A DNA stretch of 64,000 bases from Octopus bimaculoides (GCF_001194135.2 NC_068984.1:11986266-12050265); one strand, 5' to 3'; counted from the first letter of the stretch, positions 1 through 13,900 are shown. The notes: generated by a model not told the origin, from the sequence alone. Program-made: numbers and translations.

Positions 1-899
1 TTGGTAGATGGAAACTGTGTGTGTGTGTGTGTGTGTGTTTACAAGTTACTATGAAAGTTTGGGTGCACTGGTGGTATTGTTATTGTCGGCAAATCATCTG
101 CTCGTTTCATGCCTTTCAAGTCATATGGAATAAGAGATCCCTTAAAAAAAATTAAGGGTTAGCAAAAGGAAGGGCATCCAGCAATAAAGCAACACTCCAA
201 TAACATTCACCTAACCCATGCCAGCATGGAAAAACATGTAAACATGAGCATAAAAATGATATGGTGACTGTAAATGAAGTACTGCTTATAAAAAATAGAG
301 ACTAATTTGTAATCTCCTATGTAAACAGGTCCAGTCATTGATGTTTGTTTGAAAGACTACAGAAAATATTAACTTGCTTGAAGACAGTTGAGTATTGGCA
401 ACAGGAAGAGCATCAGACCATGGAAAATTTATCTCAATGAATTTCACATGGCCCATGCAAGTATGGAAAAGTAGATGTTAAAACAATGATCATCGTGATA
501 GTTCTTACCTTCCTAAGTAATTCCCATAAAAATTTAATATAGGAGACACTAGTCTACGCAAATATTTTAAAAGACACACATCCTTGATGAAACAATAAAC
601 CACTGCGCAAAATTAACTCTATTTAATTAACCAGCAGGATTTTTTTCTTTTTTAACAAAACACGAGGAAGGGGACATTTGTAGAACACTATTGCTGCTGG
701 GGCTAAGCTACAAATGAACTGCTGTTCTAATGAGATTTATCTAAAGAAAATTAAAATTTTAATTAAATCTATAATCACTGTCTTCTGTTTGAAGATTAAC
801 ACTTTAATACAGCTTTATAGTGAAGATCACTTTGCGAAAGTATGACTTATTGACGTTTTCTTAAATTTGTATTTTAGTTCTCAATCAAAAAATGTTCAG

Positions 900-2035
900 G
901 TTTCATACTCCTTCCATTGAAGGATCATGTGCCAGAGAGCATTCATTTCTCCCAAACCAAGTTAACATATTTTTAACAACTATGTTGTGTTCCTAATGTT
1001 TTCTTATAGAGTTAACTACACATTCAGCTAAATTTTGTTCAGTCAAAATTTAAGACATATCTTTGCATTATCACTGCACATTGCAAGGTCAGCAGAAATG
1101 CATGATTCTTGTATTAGATGGCATGGCAACATGTGTTTCATAGTTTGTAACACAGTCCAACATAGTATCACTGAAAGAGCTTTATGTCACCTTTGTTCTG
1201 CCAACTACAATTCTCAATCAATTGAGCTATTTCCACTTAACCCACCTTACATTCACTCTGGGTGACACCATTTCCAATGTTATTGAAGGTGGTAGACTAC
1301 TGGGTTTTTCCTTCCCAGTCATTCTTAGCACACTAGGCCTGAGATTGTCAAATGTTTGTTGGTTAAAGACAGCTTGTGATTAGACAACAGGAAGCATTAA
1401 GGACTGAATCTAACTTCTTTGTAAGAGTAAATCTATCCTACAATAAGCTGGTGTACTCAGGAACAAAATAATAGAAAGGATAGTTGAATAGAGAGGTTGT
1501 GGACTTGCATCTCCTATTGCAATTGTGAGCTTGCTGACAATGTTGCTGTAAGCACTGAATTTTGCTTTTAACTTCTGGATCTGGGTCTTGAAGTTGAGAT
1601 GTATACCAGAAGTAACATTTAAGTATCCTGAGTATTCCACCTTTCCACAAAGTTACTTGAAGTTGGCATTTTGGTTTGGCACAGAGGTAGTTCTCTTCAT
1701 AAATCAATATATTTCACCATTTCTTCATTAGTCATTGGTGTAGAAGTTGGAAAGTAAAGGAAAAAGCATGTGCTTAAGGTAGAAAAACCTATACCATCTA
1801 CCACTAGAGTCCAAATATATCTCACTCTCCAGCCTATTTTCAATCAACTCTGGAAGGCAAATATTCTTTATAATCTATACAACTTTGCTGAATAGGTCTC
1901 AAGAATTTACTGTGGTGTTACATGCTGCAGAGGATCTTCAAGGACCCACTAGTTCTTAAAATCATCCTTTGGTATGCTGAGAAGTTTTAGTACATGGTTT
2001 GGTGTTGATTTACCAGGAAGAAATCTGGCTTAGCA
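900..2035 (-). mobile_element. Decayed Ingi/Vingi-like non-LTR retrotransposon (RT and downstream region), many stops and frameshifts
   Basis: Minus-strand frames give LFPLLSNFYTND (~1715-1760; cf. LAPLLFNIYTND), IYEENYLCA (degenerate YADD box) and LNFKTQIQKLKAKFSAYSNIVSKLT..GDASPQ, matching the Ingi/Vingi post-RT motif. Boundaries approximate. Confidence 0.65.
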
Positions 2036-2079
2036 TTTACTGATATTTTTTTTTTTTAATTGTTTTATTCACAGTTCTT

Positions 2080-2433
2080 ATGGCTATGTTGTAAGAAACT
2101 TGCTTCCTAACTACATGGGTTTTGGGTTCATTCCCACTGCATGGCACCTTGGGCAAGTATCTTTTACTATAGCCTCAGGTCAACCAAAGCCCTGTGAGTA
2201 GATTTGTGTGTGTGTGTGTCTTTGTGTCTGTGTTTGTCACCCACCACAGCTTAACAACCATTGTTAGTGTGTTTACATCCCCATAACATAGTGGTTCAGC
2301 AAAAGAGACCAATAGAATAAGTACTAGGCTTAAAAAAGTAAGTCCCAGGGTTGATTTGTTCAACTAAAAATCACTTCAAGGTGGTGTCCCAGCAGGACTG
2401 CAGTCAAAATGACTGAAACAAGTAAAAAATAAA
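2080..2433 (+). mobile_element. tRNA-headed SINE, family A (head - GT microsatellite - body - ACAAGTAAAA tail)
   Basis: Homologous along its length to the better-preserved copy at 35476-35892; B-box-like GGGTTCA(T/G)TCCC. Confidence 0.8.
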
Positions 2434-2789
2434 AGGTAACACCAAATCTGCAAGGAACCCGATTTGGTCAACTTATTACTATTAAATTTATTTAACTTAG
2501 ATATTAACAGAGAATACAAAGAACAATTTGTATATATGAATGTATGTAAGAGAATAGAATGTGAGAATTTTTTTTATATATATATTCTCCCTTTTTGTAC
2601 ATTGTTGTGTTTAAATGTAAACCTGTACAGAGTGTTCGACATATATTTTTATGTCTCTTCTCAGAAACAGCTTGATACATAGGTGAAGGTCAATGGTATT
2701 GGAGAGAGCTCAACGATTAAAATTATTGTTGAGAAAAAGTTAGCTAACACAAAAAAACTGGAAGCCATTTGAATATTGGAAAAGAGTTA

Positions 2790-3460
2790 CGTGTATCAGG
2801 ATTTGCACTTGGTATCAAAATGCCGACACCATGACTTGTGCAATGTTCTGTGAACATTGTAAAGGCTGTATGATATAACAGAGGCAGCTGCAATGGAGAC
2901 TATGAAGCCATGGGCAGCAGGAAGGGACACAGGCATTCCGACTGTGTCTGCACACTGGAATTCATCAAACAACTGATAAACAGGGCCTTAAACTCGATTC
3001 AGAGAACTATGTGAAGCTGCTGGATGACTTGGTCAATCCTTGGCTGGAGAGGACTACTGTTGGAACGCCATATGCATGGCACCTGGATTCAGTTCTTTGC
3101 CATACCTCAGGAAAGAGTCAGAAGTGGTTATCAGAAAATTTCTATAACTTCACCAACCCCAAAGCCTGACCATCTAATTCCCAAAATTGTAATCCTATGG
3201 ATTACTATGTGTGGGACAGTTAAGAAAGGCACCAACCACTCTGGCTGCACGACCCAAGGCCAAGCTGGTGGCCAAGATCAAGGAGGTATTTGAAGATCTT
3301 CCCAGGGACACAGTGAAGAATGCATGTGCCAGTTCCAGAACTGTCTTGAGGCTGTAGTGGAAGGTGAGGGCAACTTCTTTGAATAATACTTTTGTTTTTC
3401 GACGGAATATTGTTTTCTTTCCCATTCATACAAGCTGTCAAATTTATCCTGAACACCCTG
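2790..3460 (+). mobile_element. Decayed Tc1/mariner transposon, DD37D (maT-like) class
   Basis: WHLD(3086)SVLCHTSGKSQKWLSENF...NCNPMD(3200)YYVW has exactly 37 residues between the second and third Asp. The element ends in a TIR-like TTATCCTGAACACCCTG followed by TA. Confidence 0.8.
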
Positions 3461-4399
3461 TATTTACAATCAATTTTAGGTTAACTAAGAAAGTTAATGG
3501 TGAAATTTACATATTTTAATCAAACTGCAAATAACTTTCTTTATAATGATTTGAAGGAACTGAGTACACATCATCACACTCAGATTATGTAACAAGGAAG
3601 AGATTTCTTGATTTAACCAAGTCAATGCCAAATCAAAACATTCTCCAAAAATCCTCACATACCAGTCAATACATAAGGACATTTTTTAAATTAGTTTTAT
3701 TGCCATTCTATCAAGATAAGAAAATGAACTTGAACAAGCTAACAAGGGTATCTCTATGTTATCACTCAATTTGCTAGAAATAACAGCCTCATCTAAAAAA
3801 AAAAAAAGGGACATATATTAAATAACATTATCCTTGACATATTCTCTAATGATCACAACTGAAAAGCTTCTGATCATAGGCCTCATTAGCTTTCGCTAAA
3901 CAAAACAATAAACTCAAAAAGAATAATTTCATTATGCTTGCCATTTCATATCTCGAAGAAAAAAAAGAAAAATTTTTTTTATAAGTAGCAAAGAGTTGAC
4001 TGTAAGATACTGAAACAAGTGAGTTGCCCAATTATCAGTATGAGATATATTTTAATTAAATGTGAGATTTATTAAGCAATATATAATTATATATTTTCAA
4101 GAAAAATAACCTATTTCAATAAAAACATGGTCAATGAGAATATTTTAAAAACTGTATTTAACTTCACATTTTAAGATTTTGTTTTTGAATTTCATGAAAT
4201 TGTAACAGGAAGCACTTCAATTCATATCCTTTCTACAGTTATACTAAATCCTCATTATTTGTTCACAGTATTAAAGATTAAATATTACACCTTGCCTATC
4301 AATGGAGTTTCTATAAATCCTCATTTCCCTATTATCATGTACATTCTGTTAACCATAAAAACATTGTATTGAAGAACACATACAAATATCTACAACTAT

Positions 4400-4590
4400 T
4401 GCAGTATAAGAAGTTTGCTTCCTACCTACATGGTTTCAGTTTCAGTCTCAATGTATGGCACCTCTGGGTTGACCAAAGCCTTGTGAGTGGATTTGGTAGG
4501 TAGAAACTGAAAGAAACCCATTGTATAGCTACATATATGCATACATGTATGTTACTACCTCCTTGCCTTGGCATCATGCAATAATTATAA
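4400..4590 (+). mobile_element. Partial SINE (family A/D head)
   Basis: GTAAGAAGTTTGC...GTGGATTTGGTAG..GAAACTGAAAGAAACCC head shared with the other copies. Confidence 0.65.
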
Positions 4591-4594
4591 ATGA

Positions 4595-5850
4595 GCATTT
4601 AGCATGCAAGAGAGAAGACTACATTGGTTAGGACATGTGATGCATATGAATGAGGACAGCTGCATAAAGAAGTGCCACTCACAGAAACCCGTGAAAGAGG
4701 GAGACCCAGGAAGACGCGAGGTGAAGTGGTAAGGACCAATCTCAGGACGTTAGGCCTCATGGAGGAAATGACAATGGACCGAGATGTCTGGCAATATAAA
4801 GTTCTAGAGAAGATCTGCCCACATCAGCAAAACTGAGTTTTAGAAGGGCTGTGTGTCCTACCCACACTTAAGAAAACTTCTTGCACACTCTACAACAAAC
4901 CAAACTACGTCTCTACATCTCTACTCTTCCTCACATTTACGCTTCGTGCACTATGCTTACTTCCTACTCCCCAATCCTGTCTTCTTGGCCTGTACCACTG
5001 TTATCATCATTGCGCTCTGCTAGCCTCTGACCTCTATGTTCCACCGACATGCCCCCCCCCCACCAACTGTGTTCCACCCATACATAAGAAAACTTTTCAC
5101 TCACCCTACCCCAACAAACCAATCTACATCTCCACATCTCTTCTCTTCCTCACATTTCCTCCTTCATACACTATGCCTGTCCCCAATCTTGTCCTCACAA
5201 CCCTGTTCATTGCTATCCGGTCGCCCCTACTCTCTAGATATACCCAGGTTTTCACTACGCACCCCCCTCCATACTCTTAAATCACATTTCGTTTGCAATA
5301 CCCTGCCACTTATATTATGGCATTTGAACATCAAGGGTGTGCCTGGGCACTTGCCACCATCTATATCCCTTCTTTTACTCAACTATTCTATTTATATTCC
5401 AATTCCCATCCCTTGTGAGTATGCCCGGCATTTTGCCACCATCTCCATCCTGCTGTCTCCCACTCTCTCGCACTTCCCTCAGTTTGGAGATCTCTCTCTC
5501 TCTCTCTTGCCAGCTGGATAACCTTGTACTTCCTCTACAGCAAGATACCTGTTTCTGTCTCTCTGCCTCACTATATAACCTACCATCATCCAACACAAGA
5601 TCACTTCCTCCAAAGCTCCCTCCTCTCTTGAAAGTTTTTTGTTTGTTTTGTCTTGCAAGTACTTAGTGATGCTGTCGATGCAGGTGCCACTTAAACTCAC
5701 CCAGTGTACATTGTAAAGTGGTTGGCATTCGGAAGGGTATCCAGCTGTAAAAATCCTACCAAAACAGTCACAGAAGTCTGGTGCAGGCTTCTGCCTGGCC
5801 GGCTCTTGTGAAGCTGTCCCACCCATGGAAGGCGGACGTATGATGATGAG
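4595..5850 (+). mobile_element. 5'-truncated RTE LINE 3' end with long pyrimidine-rich 3' UTR and conserved tail
   Basis: MQERRLHWLGHVMHMNEDSC...RGRPRKT (RTE C-terminus, 4595-4810); tail GGTTGGCATTCGGAAGGGTATCCAGC...(ATG)n at 5720-5850. Confidence 0.75.
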
Positions 5851-7599
5851 CATCACAATCATACAGTGTGCTTTCAATTTTCCACGAAAACTTGTCTGGT
5901 CATGGAAGAGTATTACCTTAATGGGAAACAGGTGAGGGTTGACTACAAGAAGGGTATCCAGATGTAGAAAATCTGCCTCAACAAATTCCATCTGAAGCAT
6001 GGGAGTATGGAAAAGTAAATGTTCATCCAAAACAAGTAAATATGGTAGAAGAAAAAACAAGTATCACCTACCAACAAATAACCCTGCCTTTGACTGATCT
6101 ACATCTTTGATCATGTGATACCACATAAACTGAAAGATTCTACTCTTTTAACAAACTCATATCAGTCAATTTTCAAAATGTTTTACTCGCTGCTATTAAA
6201 TTACTCTCTTCACTAGAATCTTCAACTATATTTTGATAGGATTTTGTAAAAAATATAGGTATACAGATAAACATTTTTTCGTGTTTCATGTTAATTATGT
6301 GAAACATTCTTTTTCTGGCTTAATTTTTCTTCAATGAGTCAGTAATATACAGCTTGTGAACAGTTCTTTGGACTCAAAGAATGAAAAGTTATGAAAAGGT
6401 GAAATTAATAAATGTATCATGTACTTCTAAAAGTACTGAAAGGAAAATATACATTGTTAAAGAAAAATTGAGAAATGGAGATAAGATCTTGTAATTTCTT
6501 GATTTATGTAAATTCTATCAGCAGAGATTACTTGAAGAATTTAAAAATGTAACCTGTTGCCAATTAGTATAGAGTATACTGGAGAAATGAGATGGATAAT
6601 TATCATCATGTTTACATAGCAAATGATCCATAGGCCACTAGTACAATTTCATGCATTCAAATTTCAAAATGTATGCAGTTTCTATATTCTGCAAGAAAAA
6701 TCAGGCAACCTGAAAACAGAAGCTACCTTGAACATTAAGCCTTTTGAAACCACTTCAAATACAAGACAGCTGAACTAACACATACGCAAAACCTCAAATC
6801 CAATCCTTCTAGATAAAGTATAGTCTTTTAAAAAATACATCTTATGTTGATACAAAAATTTAGCATGTTTCTAAATCTATGTAAAAAAATACATTACATC
6901 ATTATACCTACTGCAACTATAATTTTTTACATTATCTTTACTATTATTCTACAGCTTTCACTATTTGGTTCATAATAGGCAAAAAAAAATATTAAAAAAT
7001 CAAGAACAAATTATCTGGTCCATAAAAATGTTATACACAACTATATTTCCTTGATACATAATCCTTACTTTTGAGTAGAACTATAGAAATGACATCCTTC
7101 TGTACTATCTCATTAGCTATGTATGAAGTTATAGCTACCCTCTAATAATTTCAGATGGACCATCAGCTTTTCTCGATATATCATTAATTGTCATACTAAC
7201 ATACGTCCAACTGATTTTCCTTGAAGACTCAACTTCAAGGAAAATAAATATATTATTATTAATCAGAGTAGGAAGGACAATCTCTAAAACTTTTGCAGGC
7301 CCTCACAAGCTGGTGAAATCAATGCAAATGAAACTCAGCTTAAACTTCTGTAAGATGATGCCTATAAATAAAAGTCAAACAAGTAATTCCAGGGATTTAG
7401 TTCTGGAATAATGATTGAATGGATTACAAAAAAGAGATAGGTGTAAATGAATAGGCCCCCTGTTCAGAGAAGCAGAAATCAGTGAGTCTATGGTGAGTCT
7501 TTGCCAACCAGCCAGGTCATTTCTGGATGCTGTTTTGTTTGCTTGTGTAACATCAGCACCATCCCAGATATATTTACACATATATATATAAACATGTGA

Positions 7600-9400
7600 A
7601 AGTTAGGAAGGAAAAGCAGTGTCCATGAACTTAATAAATACACTGAGATTGGCAAGATTGATGTTCAGCCTCAACATTTGTAGATTCAATGTCTGTAGGA
7701 AAACGTTGATAGGTGGAGATGCAAGTCTAAGAGGGAAAAACATGGTATGGTGTTTCCTGTAAGGCTTGAGAGGGAAGTATAGTAGTAAGGATAATGGGTA
7801 CTTGTATTGTGAGAATATGCAGCTTCCTGGTTCAAAAGAACAGAGGTCATTCTAGTAACATGAAAAAGGCAAAGAGAGAAAACCGTAAATGCCAGCCAGT
7901 GGTTGTAGCATGATAGTAAATGAAGAATTACGAATTAAGCAAAGGTCTCTTTTGGATGCAGTCTTGGATTGGGGGAAGGTATGGCAACAGAATGACTCAC
8001 TGTATGCAAGTAGTAATCCAATCTGAATTTTGAGTGTTGTAGAGGGCCTGCAGAATGGTCAGGGCTGAAATATTTCTCGACTCTAAAGAGGAATCATACC
8101 CTTTGTCGTGTAATTTTCATAATGTTATATGAGTAGAATTGTCATGAGAGACCATACTGTTTCTGACTAGAGAGGATGAACTACAAGTCTCTTTTTTTTC
8201 TTGACAGGACTTTCAATATGAGCTTCTGAAAGAGATTATATTGTTGAATACACATTGAATAAACTGCTTTTATGAAGTAGTGTATGACTAGCATGAAGTG
8301 TTTAGGTTGTGTGTGATGTCTTAAGTGCAGGATGTGAAGGGTGGTACTTTTGGTATCTTTGGCAAAGAAACATTGTTGTTAGTGATTACAAGCATGTCAT
8401 TAATGACTAAATGAGTGTGGAAGACATTACCAAACCTTGGGATAAGACAGAGTTCTGTTGGAACACATTGCAGTCTGACAGAAAGCTTCTGATCTAAGAA
8501 AAGAGAGGTAGATAGAAACCATTTTCAGCTGAAGTAATCACATACTAATGTATAAATTGAAGAATTAATACAATATAGCTGAGTGAGCACTGTCAATGCA
8601 TGCTATGACGGAGTAGTCCAATAGAAAATTTAATCCAAGAGATAACATATGTAGCAACATGACCATGAGATTCTTATACCAGACAGGAACAAATGTTTTG
8701 CCTATGTCAAAGGCAAACAATTGATCTCACTGAAAATCCAAAAGCTAAGAGATCATTGGTGAATTATGAATGTGAGCAGACAACTGGTAGAATTAGCTTA
8801 ACGGTAACTATCAGTGGTCACTGGGGACAAAAAAATTATTCAAGAAGATGGTTGATAATTAGTTTCCATCACTTTTTAGAAGTAAGTATAATAAGATGCA
8901 ACTTCACAGAGCTAACCATCTTCAGAATGAGACATAGGGTTACATATTTCCCTAGGTTAAGATACACTTGTAGAGAGAGAAATATTAAAGAGGCTGGAGC
9001 GAGGAGCTAGCTAAAAAACACAAAGAATAATAGAGGAAACACTGTCAGAATATACTGGGTTGGAGTGATCAGAAACATATTTGCACTTGGTGAATGATGA
9101 GTAAGTGTGCAGTGTGGAATTGAAATCAAAATGGGTAGAAAATGTGATTGTTTCGTTTGTATGAATGAAGAGCTCTCTTGATTGAGGTGACAACTAGGAG
9201 AATCCTGTCAAGTTAGAAGAGATCTTTTCAAACAATTTGACAAGCAAGATAACTTGTAGGATGTGTGATATAAGATATCCTTTACTTTCTTGATGGTTCT
9301 CTTTTTCAGATACTGTAAAGTTTGGTAAGTGACTCCATGTTAGTGACAGCAGATGATTTCCTCCACAGGTAATGTTAGCTCTGACCAATTATATGACTGT
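7600..9400 (-). mobile_element. Decayed CR1/L2-like LINE ORF2 (linker, RT, C-terminus)
   Basis: Minus frames give VPQNSVLSQ (cf. GVPQGSVLSP, ~8440-8470), FAKDT (cf. FADD, ~8350-8370), SLFNISLSTS and LQPLA; heavily interrupted by stops. Confidence 0.7.
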
Positions 9401-10856
9401 AAGTACTAGATGGTTCAAAAGATATGAGCTGTTGTAGTTATAATAATGAAGAATGAGTTACATTGCTAACACAATGATAAAACAATCTGATGGGTTAGAG
9501 ACAGTTACGGGAGGGTTTTGAGAAGGAAAAGAGGATAAGAGTATTTCAAGAGGTAGTGTGTCAATCAGCTAAATAATTCAGTCTTTGCACCACTGGTAGT
9601 GGTGTAAAAATATGTACAAAAAACAAAGCCAAGATGAGATGTGCTTTGAAGTAATTATTACTTCAGGCAAGAGTTAGTAGAGCAAACTTGGTCAAAACTC
9701 GTGCAATCAAAATATACATACACTCCAATAATTGGTTAAGTCGCACCTGGTACAGTATGTTACAGTCAACTCATTGCTACATATAAAAGATTGTTTTCTA
9801 ATTTTTACCCTTCCCTCTTATGAGTTAGTTTTTGATAGCTGATTCTTTACTAAACATCAATACTGTTGTGATGAAAAATAGTTGCCAAGAATCGAACCAT
9901 TTTATTCAGTTTTTGAAATAATAATATAAACATGTCTGTTTTATTGCAAATGGCCAGCTACTGGCCTGCAACCAAAGTATATCATAATGCAACTGGATAG
10001 GAAGTAGTAATAATGATTTCATAGCATTCACCAGCACTTTGAAAATTGAGCTTTTCTGGCATTTTTCAGATGTTTCATCAAGAGATGAAGAAATTTGTGT
10101 GAATTTCCTTTTCAATAGCCATTCACAAAGATGTTGAACCACAGTTTGTCACTGAGGCAGTCACTGACTCAGATTTTGCTTGGGCTGAAATCATCAGTAA
10201 GCCAACATTGCAGAAATCATCAATGGAACAGTTTTCAGAGTTTAATCAATTTACTACAAAACTCAGTTTTCCAGATGAGGCTTTTGCTGAGACAAAGTCA
10301 ATTCAATCATCTAAGTATCTGACATAAGCACAATGATGAGTAACATCAATCAGTTAACATAATTTACCATTGGCTTGTATTTATTAAGATTAAACCATCA
10401 AAGCAAAATTTCTTTCAGGTTCAGAGAGCCATCCAAATAAAGAATGTTCTAGTGACAAGTGACACAAATTTCTTTCGTGAAATATTAGGGTAATTGCAAT
10501 GAAAAGGAGACACTGAATTGCAGAGTAATTCCTTAAAATGAAACTCAATTTTTCTAGCAGTTTATTGAATGATGGGCAAATGCTTTGGTCTTCCATATAA
10601 TTTAATTTGTTTCCAATAAGTGAAGTTATTTTAACAATATTCTTCTCCAAAAAAGAGCAAACATTTTAAGACATGAATTGGGATCTTCAGTCAGTTTGGA
10701 TGGAAGCTGGAGCAACAAATATGAGAAATATATTTTGAAGACAGTGAATTACAATAGTTGAAGAGCAATGGTAAAACTTGAAGTATTCATCTATAACTAC
10801 ATACAAGAGTAGTAAAGAGACATCAAATGGTTGTGTATATTTGATACATTAGGTAT

Positions 10857-10910
10857 AAGGAGAATGACAGAATTATGATTTCAAAGGAGAATGACAGAAT
10901 TGTGATTTCA
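10857..10910. repeat. 27-bp tandem duplication
   Basis: AAGGAGAATGACAGAATT(A/G)TGATTTCA twice, one mismatch. Confidence 0.9.
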
Positions 10911-13900
10911 ATTCTGAGTATATGATGCATACAAGTTTCTTAAATGCAAAATTCTCAGATATAATACAGGGCCATAATTGAATCACACCAAGATGATCAA
11001 AAGCTTATGCAAATCTCTTGATTCCAAAAGACTGTTACAAAGGAGTATCTACTAAGAATATCAGTGATTATCTTTGTCAGGTAACAAGTAAATGTCATAT
11101 TAACAAATGGATGTTTAGTGGAGAGGACATTTGTGATTGAGCCAAGTTCCTACCAAGCTGCTCAACAATGTTGTCGAGACAGGCAAAGTGGAAAATATTG
11201 AGTCATGAAAAAAAATCATTCAGTTTTGCAATTTCAAACACTTCCCACCTCTTTCAGGATTGCTGTAAATATTTCTTAAAACATCATATCAGGCTTTTTA
11301 CCTAGACATTTCTGCTACTTTGTTTCTTCCATACCATCAAAATATGCCTTTTAACACTTACTGTCTAAAATGTATATACAACACCATTTAACTACCATTT
11401 CAATGAATTTCCACTACAACCACAGATAATATTCATAAAAACAGAAACCTTCACAACTATTCTTTCTAATTAATATACAAGAGTCAAACTGCTGTAGTTG
11501 AAATGAACTTCCATAGACCTGTATGACTTAAATCCTGTTCCAGTTGACTTTCACTTCTGTAGGATTACTAAAATTTCAAAAGTGTAAGCAAGCAATCTGA
11601 ATACATGGATGTACTTTTCACCCATGAAATAGGATACAGTAAAAGCTAGCAGTAAGCATTGTAGAGACAGTTTTGCTTAAGGAGGGTTAGCTTTCAACAA
11701 TGTCTCAGAAATATTTGCAAATGCTCTTCTCAGAAAATCAGATATCATCAGCCTGTTCATGAAGTGAAACCAATAATATGATCAGATTTGGACCTAATTA
11801 ACTCAGTTCATATGACAATCCATTTGGTTTATGTTGCAGTGATACAAGTTGAATAGTTCGATTAAGCCATGTTGCTATTAGACGAAAGTAAATATACTTT
11901 AACATTACTACCAAGGATTTCACTAAGCATTATAATTTTATTAAAATGCATTTTAAACCAACATTTCTGACGACAACGTGATTACAGTTACGCTTATTAA
12001 TTCTGCATTCAATGCTTTAAAGACAAAATATTGCTTGCGTTTGACGAACATGTGTGACGAGTTGTAGGTGCTTTTAGTCTAAATGCATTTACAATAGCTA
12101 TAAAATCTAAGATGAAAATGTAGAATATTGGTTTAGAATATTTTTGCTGTGGTATGTTTTTGACATATTCGATCATACGTTTTGTTTCATAATTACAATA
12201 TAGTTGGCTAATTCCTACTCTAACAAGGTTTTTTCTCTCGTAGTGGACGAATCATCTGATGATAAAATGATACACCATAGCTCTGAAACATGGTCAAGGG
12301 AAATCGAAAACGGCAGAGAAAGGGGAAAATTATAATAGAAACATATTGGGTATACAGTATCAACTTCAGAAATAAAGTCAAAGACAGCAATTTATATTAT
12401 TGACAGCAACGCATGTCTTAGGAATGTGTGATTTAAGATGATGCTTCCAATTTACTAAGTAAGTCTAATCTAAAACCATAAACTAATATCCAGTCCACAA
12501 GATCGATAATGTAAATTAAATTATTATTATTATTATTATAAACTTAAGTTCGTAACACAGAAATCAAAAAGGCTTTTGTCTATTTAAATCAATTAAAATG
12601 TAGCTAATGGCTTAAGTGTCGTTATAAAACTGAAAAATGTTGATAGCATAGAATGTAAACATCATTCATTCGTCGAAAATAATACAGGATCAAGACAAAC
12701 TAATGAATTCATTTAAAGAGCTCAAGCCAAAAGGTAATGGTTGTTAGCGTGAAGCATGTCCAACTCAACGTAGAAATTTTAATCACAACCAGAACTCATA
12801 ATTTAAATGTTTACAACACAGACATTTTCTTTACAGCTACGTAATAAAAATACATTCTAAATATGCATTGCAGAATCATAAACCAAAACCATCTGATCTA
12901 GTGACCTAATAAATTAAAGCGCCAAATAAACGAAAAACAAAATATTAAAGATGTGCTGACACCATATTGTCAAATTAGTTAATACCAGAAGTTACAATAT
13001 TCATGTACGATCTTTAACAAATAAATACATTCTAAATATGATGGTCTATTCTTCAACGCTTATTTAAACCAAAGTTTAAGAAGAACGCTTCGAGAGCAGC
13101 AAATAAATCAGTCAAAGACCATTTCTAAATAGGCAAGACAAACTATAGAGTTCGGGTTTTATAAAGACATCTAGCATATTTCAACTTAATAGCAAGGCCA
13201 AATAGAACAGTTGATGTCTAGGAACACGATTACTATCTCAAAACAATCTTCATGATTTCTTTCATGTTATACGCAGCGCCTAATGAACATTATAGTATGG
13301 AAGAACATATACGCGCTTGGTTATCAAATGTATAAAAATAAAATGACATTGAAACAAAAAAAAAATTAACGAATACTAATAATATATAAGTTAGTTGCAA
13401 ACAAATCGAGTATGAAAATACGCATGGTGTTCCACAAGGTTCTACACCTTTACCTCAATGAAAACGAGATCAATTTTACATTACGTTGCTAAAATCAAAT
13501 GGTAGTATAGTAATTTTTACTTTAACATGGTACAAAACGAAAAAGGTGTCTTTTAAGCAGAGAAATAAAAAAACTGCCGGTTGTATTATATACATAAATA
13601 AAACTAGTGTATTATAAGAAATGTTAGTACGAATATTAATGTAATGCCAGAACGAAACTATGGAAATGTGTACTTCATAGGTATTGAAGAAAGTAAAATA
13701 CATCGAATAGTTATGTAAATTTATTTATTAAAGGTTAAGGTTTAGCTGTATTTTAAGTACGATTTATAAACAAACTCACGATCATCGCAAAGATCGTGAG
13801 TTTCGACTAAATGAACAGTAATATAAGCGCATCAAAGCTACCAAGACGAACAATAATTTACATGGCTTTAATTAGCACTGTCTAAAGTTAAGCTAAATAG

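Noticed and set aside
509-553. 45-nt in-frame minus-strand exon candidate (TSVSYIKFLWELLRK)
   Set aside because: Splice sites are plausible, but such short open exons arise by chance and I recognise no homology.
3846-4031. Signal-peptide-like ORF MKLFFLSLLFCLAKA
   Set aside because: Stops about 13 codons later with no usable donor; the hydrophobicity comes from T-rich sequence next to a repeat remnant.
5036-6060. Long ORFs of 161 and 193 aa
   Set aside because: They run through RTE UTR and SINE tails; low-complexity, no domain.
12255-12295. C/D-box snoRNA-like TGATGA...CTGA (also ~15515-15555)
   Set aside because: Boxes are too close together and there is no terminal stem.
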